From Pseudomonadaceae bacterium (GTDB taxonomy: Bacteria > Pseudomonadota > Gammaproteobacteria > Pseudomonadales > Pseudomonadaceae): 64,000 nucleotides of DNA. Shown here piece by piece: positions 55,824-64,000 of the stretch. The notes below the pieces were generated by a model, which worked only from the letters and a program-made list of their open reading frames with translations, did not search any database and was not told where the DNA came from. The position numbers were made by a program, and so were the translations under genes. The stretch lies in the NCBI GenBank assembly GCA_033838285.1, contig JAJLLC010000059.1, positions 42,995 through 106,994 on the forward strand, given 5' to 3'. Position 1 is the stretch's first letter, and every line of letters starts with the position of its first letter.

Positions 55824-56545
55824 TGCAACTGGTCGGCCCCGCCAAGCCCGCCCGCGAACGCCCGGAGAACCTCGCCGAGCGCATCTACCAGCGGCTCAAG
55901 GACGACATCTTCGAGTTCCGCCTGCTGCCCGGTGATCGCTTCAGCGAGGGCGAGGTGGCCACGCGCATGGCGGTCAGCCGTACGCCGGTGCGCCAGGCCC
56001 TGTATCGCCTGGAGCGCGAGGGCTACCTGGAGGTGTATTTCCGCAGTGGCTGGCAGGTACGGCCCTTCGACTTCCACTACTTCGAAGAGCTCTACGAGGT
56101 GCGCATCGTCCTCGAGCTGGAGGCGGTGCGCCGCCTCTGCGAGCGCCCCGCCGGCGAGCTGCCGGCGCCGCTGGAAGACCTGCGCCGCACCTGGCTGGTC
56201 GACGACGACCAGCGCCTGCAGGACGGCCGCGCGGTTTCGCTGCTCGACGAGCGCTTCCACTGCCAGCTGGTCGAGGCCACCGGCAACCGCGAGATGGCCC
56301 GCCTGCACGCCGAGGTCAGCGAGAAGATCCGCATCATCCGGCGCCTGGACTTCACCCAGGGCCCGCGCGTGGAGGCGACCTACGCCGAACACGCCCAGAT
56401 CCTCGGCGCGATCCTGTCGCGCCGCAGCGAAGAAGCACAACGCCTGCTGCGCACCCACATCGAGGTGAGCAAGGCGGAAGTGCGCAAGATCACCCTGCAC
56501 ATGCTGCACAGCGCCCGCCAGCGGGCCCTGGCCGGGCAAGGGTGA
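55823..56545 (+). CDS. GntR/FCD transcriptional regulator
   Basis: LLPGDRFSE..VA....VSRTPVRQAL..LE.EG HTH; FCD D..FH, N, EH; TGATG coupling to uca. Confidence 0.93.
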   Translation: MQLVGPAKPARERPENLAERIYQRLKDDIFEFRLLPGDRFSEGEVATRMAVSRTPVRQALYRLEREGYLEVYFRSGWQVRPFDFHYFEELYEVRIVLELEAVRRLCERPAGELPAPLEDLRRTWLVDDDQRLQDGRAVSLLDERFHCQLVEATGNREMARLHAEVSEKIRIIRRLDFTQGPRVEATYAEHAQILGAILSRRSEEAQRLLRTHIEVSKAEVRKITLHMLHSARQRALAGQG

Positions 56546-56624
56546 CGCGATGCCCTCTTGGACGACTGCCACCGAATAACCAGAAACCCGCAGTACTCAC
56601 TCAAGCTCGAATGGAGATCGCACC

Positions 56625-57890
56625 ATGCAACGTCGCAGCCTGATCAAAGCCTTCACCCTTTCCGCTTCCATCGCCGCCATGGGCATGACCTGGACCGTGC
56701 AGGCCGCCGAAACCATCAAGGTCGGCATCCTGCACTCGCTGTCCGGCACCATGGCCATCTCCGAAACCTCGCTGAAAGACATGGCGCTGATGACCATCGA
56801 CGAGATCAACGCCAAGGGCGGGGTCAACGGCAAGCAGCTGGAACCGGTGGTGGTCGACCCGGCCTCCAACTGGCCGCTGTTCGCCGAGAAGGCCCGCCAG
56901 CTGCTGACCCAGGACAAGGTCGACGTGGTCTTCGGCTGCTGGACCTCGGTGTCGCGCAAGTCCGTGCTGCCGGTGTTCGAGGAGCTCAACGGCCTGCTGT
57001 TCTACCCGGTGCAGTACGAAGGCGAAGAGATGTCGCCGAACGTGTTCTACACCGGCGCGGCGCCGAACCAGCAGGCCATCCCGGCCGTGGAATACCTGAT
57101 GAGCGAGGATGGCGGCGAAGCCAAGCGCTTCTTCCTGCTGGGTACCGACTACGTCTACCCGCGCACCACCAACAAGATCCTGCGCGCCTTCCTGCACAGC
57201 AAGGGCGTCGAGGATAAGGACATCGAAGAGGTCTACACCCCCTTCGGTCATAGCGACTACCAGACCATAGTCGCCAACATCAAGAAGTTCTCTGCCGGCG
57301 GCAAGACCGCGGTGATCTCCACCGTCAACGGCGACTCCAACGTGCCGTTCTACAAGGAACTGGCCAACCAGGGCATCGAAGCCACCGACGTGCCGGTGGT
57401 GGCCTTCTCGGTGGGTGAAGAGGAGCTGCGAGGCATCGACACCAAGCCGCTGGTCGGCCACCTGGCCGCCTGGAACTACTTCCAGTCGGTGGAAAACCCG
57501 GTCAACAGCGAGTTCGTCGACAAATGGAAGGCCTACGCCAAGGCCAAGAACCTGCCGGGCGCCGACAAGGCGGTGACCAACGACCCGATGGAAGCCACCT
57601 ACGTCGGCATCAACATGTGGGCCCAGGCCGTCGAGAAAGCCGGCACCACCGACGTCGACAAAGTGCGTGAAGCCCTGGCCGGCCAGACCTTCGCCGCGCC
57701 CTCCGGCTACACCCTGACCATGGACAAGACCAACCACCACCTGCACAAGCCGGTGATGATCGGCGAAGTCCAGGATGACGGTCAGTTCTCCATCGTCTGG
57801 CAGACCGAAGGCCCGCTGCGCGCCCAGCCCTGGAGCCCCTTCATCCCCGGCAACGACAAGAAGCCGGACTACGCGGTGAAGTCCAACTGA
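56625..57890 (+). CDS. urtA: Urea ABC transporter substrate-binding protein
   Basis: RRSLIK signal; IKVGILHSLSGTMAISE, WTSVSRK, YPVQYEG. Confidence 0.96.
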   Translation: MQRRSLIKAFTLSASIAAMGMTWTVQAAETIKVGILHSLSGTMAISETSLKDMALMTIDEINAKGGVNGKQLEPVVVDPASNWPLFAEKARQLLTQDKVDVVFGCWTSVSRKSVLPVFEELNGLLFYPVQYEGEEMSPNVFYTGAAPNQQAIPAVEYLMSEDGGEAKRFFLLGTDYVYPRTTNKILRAFLHSKGVEDKDIEEVYTPFGHSDYQTIVANIKKFSAGGKTAVISTVNGDSNVPFYKELANQGIEATDVPVVAFSVGEEELRGIDTKPLVGHLAAWNYFQSVENPVNSEFVDKWKAYAKAKNLPGADKAVTNDPMEATYVGINMWAQAVEKAGTTDVDKVREALAGQTFAAPSGYTLTMDKTNHHLHKPVMIGEVQDDGQFSIVWQTEGPLRAQPWSPFIPGNDKKPDYAVKSN

Positions 57891-57915
57891 GCCCTATGTA
57901 GTCCGCTAGGCCGCT

Positions 57916-58035
57916 CTCGGATTGCACCCGGGCTGCGGCCTGCCTCCCCTCTCCCGCTTGCGGGAGAGGGGCCGGGGGAGAGGGTTCGCCAGACCACGCC
58001 CCTCTCCCTAACCCTCTCCCATCAATGGGAGAGGG
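57916..58035. repeat. Decayed GTAG-type REP (57916-57936) followed by a BoxC-like doublet (57947-58035)
   Basis: CTCGGATTGCACCCGGGCTGC; CCCCTCTCCCGCTTGCGGGAGAGGGGCCGGGGGAGAGGG and CCCTCTCCCTAACCCTCTCCCATCAATGGGAGAGGG. Confidence 0.88.
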
Positions 58036-58066
58036 AATATTCCGGCGTACCCCAAGGATCCTTCGT

Positions 58067-59638
58067 ATGCCCACCGCCCTGTACCGAATCCTGCTGTCAC
58101 TGGCACTGCTGTTGCCACTGACCGCCCATGCCGGCGATGCCAGCGACTTCGTCGCCGCCAACCCGGCCAAGCAGGCCAGGCTCCTCGAGAGCTGGGCCGC
58201 CCAGCCCGATGCCGCCCGCCAGCCGCTGCTCGATGCCTTGCAGGGCGGGCGCCTGGCCGTCGACAGCGCCAGGCAGGCCTTCATCGAACAGGATGGCCAG
58301 TTCGTCGCCGCCGAAGGCGAGGCCCTGCCGGCCAGCGCGCCGAAGAAGCTGCGCCTGAACAACCGTCTGCGCGGCCTGCTGGCCAACGTGCAGGCCAGCC
58401 AGCAACTGCTCGCCACGGAGCCGGCCACACGCCTGGCCGCCGCCCAGCAGCTGCAGAAGAGCGCCAAGCCGGCGCAGCTGGAGCTGCTCAACGCCCGCGT
58501 CGCCAGCGAGCAGGACGAGGCCGTGCGCGCCGCCCTGGCCCTGGCCCTGGCCAACCTGCAGCTGGTCGACCCCGACCCGGCGGTGCGCCTGAGCGCCGTG
58601 CGTCTGCTCGGCGAAAGCGGCGATCCATTGGCCCGCACCCGCCTGGAAGGCCTGCTGGCAGAAGGCGTGGAAAGCGACGCCGCGGTACGCACCGCCGCCG
58701 AAACCAGCCTGGCCCAGGTCAAGCGCCGCCTGCTGGTCGGCGAGCTGCTCGGCCAGGCCTTTAGCGGCCTGTCGCTCGGCTCGATCCTGCTGCTGGCCGC
58801 CCTCGGTCTCGCCATCACCTTCGGCCTGCTGGGGGTGATCAACATGGCCCACGGCGAGATGCTGATGCTCGGTGCCTACACCACCTACATGGTGCAGATC
58901 GCCTTCCAGAACTTCGCTCCCGGCTACCTGGCGCTGTATCCGCTGGCCGCCCTGCCGGTGGCCTTCTTCGTCACCGCCGCCATCGGCATGGCGCTGGAGC
59001 GCACGGTGATCCGCCACCTCTACGGCCGCCCGCTGGAAACCCTGCTGGCCACCTGGGGCATCAGCCTGATCCTGATCCAGGCGGTGCGGGTGATCTTCGG
59101 CGCGCAGAACGTCGAAGTGGCCAACCCGCAGTGGCTGTCCGGCGGCGTACAGGTGCTGCCCAACCTGGTACTGCCCTACAGCCGCATCGTGATCATCGGC
59201 TTCGCCCTGTTCGTGGTCCTGCTGACCTGGCTGCTGCTGAACAAGACCCGCCTGGGCCTCAACGTCCGTGCCGTCACCCAGAACCGCAATATGGCGGCCT
59301 GCTGCGGCGTGCCGACCGGCAGGGTGGACATGCTCGCCTTCGGCCTCGGCTCCGGCATCGCCGGCCTTGGCGGCGTGGCCCTTTCGCAGATCGGCAACGT
59401 CGGCCCGGACCTGGGCCAGAGCTACATCATCGACTCCTTCCTGGTGGTGGTGCTCGGTGGTGTGGGCCAGCTCGCCGGCAGCGTGCTGGCGGCCTTCGGC
59501 CTCGGCATCGCCAACAAGCTGCTGGAGCCGCAGATCGGCGCCGTACTCGGCAAGATCCTGATCCTCGCGTTGATCATTCTGTTCATCCAGAAACGTCCGC
59601 AAGGCCTCTTCGCTCTCAAGGGACGGGTGATCGACTGA
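58067..59638 (+). CDS. urtB: Urea ABC transporter permease UrtB
   Basis: HEAT-like periplasmic N-terminus; GLAITFGLLGVINMAHGE; RPQGLF. Confidence 0.94.
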   Translation: MPTALYRILLSLALLLPLTAHAGDASDFVAANPAKQARLLESWAAQPDAARQPLLDALQGGRLAVDSARQAFIEQDGQFVAAEGEALPASAPKKLRLNNRLRGLLANVQASQQLLATEPATRLAAAQQLQKSAKPAQLELLNARVASEQDEAVRAALALALANLQLVDPDPAVRLSAVRLLGESGDPLARTRLEGLLAEGVESDAAVRTAAETSLAQVKRRLLVGELLGQAFSGLSLGSILLLAALGLAITFGLLGVINMAHGEMLMLGAYTTYMVQIAFQNFAPGYLALYPLAALPVAFFVTAAIGMALERTVIRHLYGRPLETLLATWGISLILIQAVRVIFGAQNVEVANPQWLSGGVQVLPNLVLPYSRIVIIGFALFVVLLTWLLLNKTRLGLNVRAVTQNRNMAACCGVPTGRVDMLAFGLGSGIAGLGGVALSQIGNVGPDLGQSYIIDSFLVVVLGGVGQLAGSVLAAFGLGIANKLLEPQIGAVLGKILILALIILFIQKRPQGLFALKGRVID

Positions 59639-59668
59639 TGACACGCGACCGCTATTGCTCCCCCGACC

Positions 59669-59737
59669 GTAGGGCGGGTGAAACCCGCGAAACAGATCGA
59701 ACACTAGCGCTGCAGCGGCGGGTTGCCCCCGCGCTGC
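59669..59737. repeat. GTAG-type REP doublet (second copy decayed) within 27-bp imperfect direct repeats
   Basis: GTAGGGCGGGTGAAACCCGC ... GCGGGTTGCCCCCGCGCTGC. Confidence 0.7.
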
Positions 59738-59763
59738 GGACTTAAAGGACGAGTGATCGACAG

Positions 59764-60848
59764 ATGAATGCGCTAAATCAAACCTTGCTGGCCCGCGCCA
59801 GCGCCAAACTCGGCCCGCAGGTCTCGCTGGCGATCGGCCTGGTAGTACTCGCGGTGCTGCTGGCCATGCCGCTGCTGCACCTGCTGCCGGCCGACAACGC
59901 CCTGCATGTTTCGGCCTATGGCCTGACCCTGGTCGGCAAGATTCTCTGCTACGCCATCGTCGCGTTGGCACTGGACCTGGTCTGGGGCTACGCCGGCATG
60001 CTCTCGCTCGGCCACGGCCTGTTCTTCGCCCTCGGTGGCTACGCCATGGGCATGTACCTGATGCGCCAGAGCGCCGGTGACGGCCTGCCCGCGTTCATGA
60101 GCTTCCTCGCCTGGACCGAACTGCCCTGGTACTGGTACGGCACCAGCAGCTTCCTCTGGGCGATGTGCCTGGTGGTGCTGGCGCCCGGCCTGCTGGCCCT
60201 GGTGTTCGGCTTCTTCGCCTTCCGTTCGCGGATCAAGGGCGTGTACTTCTCGATCATGACCCAGGCGCTGACCTTCGCCGGCATGCTGCTGTTCTTCCGT
60301 AATGAAACGGGGTTTGGCGGCAATAACGGCTTCACCAATTTCAGGACGATCCTGGGCTTCGATATCACCGCGCCGGGCACCCGTGCCTTCCTGTTCTTCT
60401 GCACCGTACTGCTGCTGGTCGGCAGCCTGGCGCTGGGCTTCGCCCTGGCGCGCAGCAAGTTCGGCCGGGTGCTCACCGCCCTGCGCGATGCGGAGAACCG
60501 CCTGATGTTCTGCGGCTACGACCCGCGCGGCTACAAGCTGTTTATCTGGGTTTTGAGCGCCGTGCTGTGCGGCCTGGCCGGCGCGCTGTACGTGCCGCAG
60601 GTGGGCATCATCAACCCCAGCGAGATGTCGCCGACCAACTCCATCGAGGCCGCCATCTGGGTCGCCCTCGGCGGCCGCGGCACCCTGATCGGCCCGCTGC
60701 TCGGCGCCGGCCTGGTCAACGGCATGAAGAGCTGGTTCACCGTGGCCTTCCCCGAGTACTGGCTGTTCGCCTTGGGCGCACTGTTTATCGTGATTACGCT
60801 CTTCTTACCCAAGGGCGTGATCGGCCTGATCAAGAAGGAGAAGGACCA

Positions 60849-60852
<4 letters not shown>
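59764..60852 (+). CDS. urtC: Urea ABC transporter permease UrtC
   Basis: LDLVWGYAG.LSLGHG, RSRIKGVYFSI.TQA, ETGFGGNNG. Confidence 0.95.
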
Positions 60853-61700
<848 letters not shown>

Positions 61701-61812
61701 CCCTCTCCCCCGGCCCCTCTCCACTAGGCGTGCCCCCGCAAGCGAGCGAGGGGAGACAAGCGGCGCCGTGCAAGCCCCCTCTCCCATTCATGGGAGAGGG
61801 TTGGGGAGAGGG
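61701..61812. repeat. BoxC-like doublet; first unit has a 14-bp insert
   Basis: CCCTCTCCCCCGGCCCCTCTCC[ACTAGGCGTGCCCC]CGCAAGCGAGCGAGGGG ... CCCCCTCTCCCATTCATGGGAGAGGGTTGGGGAGAGGG. Confidence 0.88.
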
Positions 61813-61845
61813 CAAAGCCGACACAGGCATTCATGAGGTAGACCA

Positions 61846-62544
61846 ATGCTGCAAGTCCAACAGCTCCACCAATACTACGGCGGCAGCCACATCCTCCGCG
61901 GCCTGAGCTTCGAGGCGAAGATCGGCGAGGTCACCTGCCTGCTCGGGCGCAACGGCGTGGGCAAGACCACCCTGCTGAAATGCCTGATGGGCCTGATCCC
62001 GGCCAAGGAGGGCAAGATCGAGTGGGAGGGCCAGACCATCAACGCCTACAAGCCGCACCAGCGCGTACACGCGGGCATCGCCTACGTGCCGCAGGGCCGC
62101 GAGATCTTCCCGCGCCTGACCGTGGAAGAGAACCTGCTGATGGGCCTGTCCCGCTTCGGCGCCGGCGAGGCCAAGACCGTGCCCGAATTCATCTACGAGC
62201 TATTTCCGGTGCTCAGGGAAATGCGTGGGCGCCGCGGCGGCGACCTCTCCGGCGGCCAGCAGCAACAGCTGGCCATCGGCCGCGCGCTGGCCAGCCAGCC
62301 GCGCCTGCTGATCCTCGACGAGCCCACCGAAGGCATCCAGCCCTCGGTGATCAAGGAGATCGGCGTAGTCATCAGAAAACTCGCCGAACGCGGCGATATG
62401 GCCATTTTGCTGGTCGAGCAGTTCTACGACTTCGCCGCCGAACTGGCCGACCAGTACCTGGTGATGAGCCGCGGTGAGATCGTCCAGCAGGGCCGCGGCG
62501 AAACCATGGAGGCCGACGGCGTACGCGGCCTGGTGGCGATCTGA
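61846..62544 (+). CDS. urtE: Urea ABC transporter ATP-binding protein UrtE
   Basis: GRNGVGKT, YVPQGREIF, LSGGQQQQ, LDEPTEGIQP. Confidence 0.95.
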   Translation: MLQVQQLHQYYGGSHILRGLSFEAKIGEVTCLLGRNGVGKTTLLKCLMGLIPAKEGKIEWEGQTINAYKPHQRVHAGIAYVPQGREIFPRLTVEENLLMGLSRFGAGEAKTVPEFIYELFPVLREMRGRRGGDLSGGQQQQLAIGRALASQPRLLILDEPTEGIQPSVIKEIGVVIRKLAERGDMAILLVEQFYDFAAELADQYLVMSRGEIVQQGRGETMEADGVRGLVAI

Positions 62545-62627
62545 GCGGTCGGACGGCAAGCGCGGCGGATGACAGGCGCCGCCTTATCGCGTAAACAGCC
62601 CGTAAGCCGCCCACCCCAGGACACTCC

Positions 62628-63137
62628 ATGCTCATTCGCGACGCACTCGCCAGCGACCTGCCCACCCTGCGCGACATTTTCAACGACGCGGTGCTGAACA
62701 CCACCGCGATCTGGATGGACAACACCGTCGACCTGGCCAACCGCCAGGCCTGGTTCGCCGCCCGCGCCGCCCAGGGCTACCCCATCCTGGTGGCCGAGGC
62801 CGACGGCGAGGTGCTCGGCTACGCCAGCTTCGGCGACTGGCGGCCGTTCGACGGCTTCTGCCACACGGTCGAGCACTCGGTGTACATTCGCGCCGACCAG
62901 CGCGGCCGCGGCCTGGCCAGGCCGCTGATGACGGCACTGATCGAACGCGCCCTGGCCTGCGACAAGCACGTCATGGTCGCCGCCATCGAAAGCGGCAACG
63001 CCGCCTCGATCCGCCTGCACGAACGCCTCGGCTTCGTCACCACCGGGCAGATGCCGCAGGTCGGACGCAAGTTCGGACGCTGGCTGGACCTGACCTTCAT
63101 GCAGCTGAACCTCAGCCCGGAGCGCAGCGCGCCCTGA
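62628..63137 (+). CDS. GNAT N-acetyltransferase, phosphinothricin/methionine-sulfoximine acetyltransferase-like
   Basis: N.AV.NTTAIW, GYASFGDWR..DGF.HTVEHSVY, VG.KFGRWLD. Confidence 0.9.
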   Translation: MLIRDALASDLPTLRDIFNDAVLNTTAIWMDNTVDLANRQAWFAARAAQGYPILVAEADGEVLGYASFGDWRPFDGFCHTVEHSVYIRADQRGRGLARPLMTALIERALACDKHVMVAAIESGNAASIRLHERLGFVTTGQMPQVGRKFGRWLDLTFMQLNLSPERSAP

Positions 63138-63255
63138 GGGCCCAACACAAACCTCCGAGCAGTTGCGCGAGGTCACGCGCGGGTCGGTTGCCGTTGAAGA
63201 CTCGCCTGCGACATCCGGCATGCCATAGACGGCAGCCTGAGGCGATAACAGGCCG

Positions 63256-64000
63256 TCAGGGTATTCCCAGCTGACGCCGCAGTGGCTCCAGCCGTGAATC
63301 CTGCGGAGCAGCCGCGCGCAGGCGCTGCCAGTATTCGATGGCCGACTCGCGGCGACCGGCCGATCCATGCAGGTAGATCAGTGCATAGAGCAGATCGGCA
63401 TCCGCAGGCGCCTGGCGCAGGCCACTTTCCAGCGCCATCTGCGCCGACTCGCCGCGGCCCAGCTGGAGCAACAGCAGGCCCTGGTTGTAACGAATGCGCG
63501 GGGTGTTCGGCAGAGCCACTGCCGCGTCCTCCAACAAGGGCAGCGCCGCCTCGGCCTGGCCCCGCTCGGCCAGCAGCAGGGCCAACATATAAGCCAAGTT
63601 GCCGCGGTCTGAGACCGGCATATTGCTCAGCGCCAGGCCCTCACGTAGTGCACGCTCGGCCTCGTCCTGACGCAGCATGCCGTTGGCCAGGGTCACCAGA
63701 TTGACGCGTGCCGGCGAGAAATAGGGGTCCAACCGCAGTGCCTGGCGATACTCCTCCAGCGCCTCCAGCTTGCGCCCCTTGCGCTCCATGAGTACGGCCA
63801 GGTTGAGACGATTGCCGGGCAGGTCGGCATTGCCACGCAGACGTTTCTCGTAATCTTCCAGTTGGTGCTGGAAATCGGCTCGGCGCGTTTCCGGCAGGGC
63901 GATCAGCGGAATCCCCGCCAGCGCACGCAAGGCCTCGTCGCGCACCGCCCGCTGCGGATCATCGAGCAAGGGCAGCAGGTGCTGGACGCGCTGCACCGGC
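63256..64000 (-). CDS. C-terminal part of a HEAT/TPR-repeat protein (5' end outside the window)
   Basis: LLDDP..AVR.EA HEAT-like unit, several TPR motifs; frame open to the window edge; codon usage looks less GC3-biased. Confidence 0.75.
   Translation of the reverse strand, partial: PVQRVQHLLPLLDDPQRAVRDEALRALAGIPLIALPETRRADFQHQLEDYEKRLRGNADLPGNRLNLAVLMERKGRKLEALEEYRQALRLDPYFSPARVNLVTLANGMLRQDEAERALREGLALSNMPVSDRGNLAYMLALLLAERGQAEAALPLLEDAAVALPNTPRIRYNQGLLLLQLGRGESAQMALESGLRQAPADADLLYALIYLHGSAGRRESAIEYWQRLRAAAPQDSRLEPLRRQLGIP

Overview
High-GC Pseudomonadaceae chromosomal segment, mostly housekeeping and signalling genes. The right two-thirds follows the gene order I recall for the P. aeruginosa speA-yciH-gcbA-ctpL-dsbD-aroQ-accBC-prmA-dusB-fis-purHD-retS-marC-urtABCDE region. 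Here an ATP-dependent urea amidolyase module (allophanate hydrolase, urea carboxylase, GntR) sits in front of urtABCDE under a sigma54-type promoter, and no urease genes follow urtE in the window. The left third holds a hybrid kinase plus degenerate HD-GYP regulator, ada, small enzymes and lipoproteins, two diguanylate cyclases, two chemoreceptors, alpha-2-macroglobulin/pbpC and a MATE pump. No rRNA, tRNA, CRISPR array or transposase was seen. The main novelties are small-scale. (1) A DUF559 (YcjD/Vsr-like) nuclease gene is bracketed by doublets of a CCCTCTCCC..GGGAGAGGG (BoxC-like) palindrome, with gene-less copies at four other loci: a candidate nuclease/REP-type mobile system. Three of the repeat units carry short nested insertions, one of which frameshifts the nuclease past its natural stop. 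(2) A 41-codon leader ORF upstream of urea carboxylase begins with a recoded copy of the enzyme's own N-terminus and carries a perfect 17-bp antisense copy of the real gene's 5' coding sequence, enclosing its RBS and ATG. (3) A recoded 27-bp duplication of the urtB/urtC junction brackets a REP doublet. All family assignments come from motif recognition by eye, not database searches.
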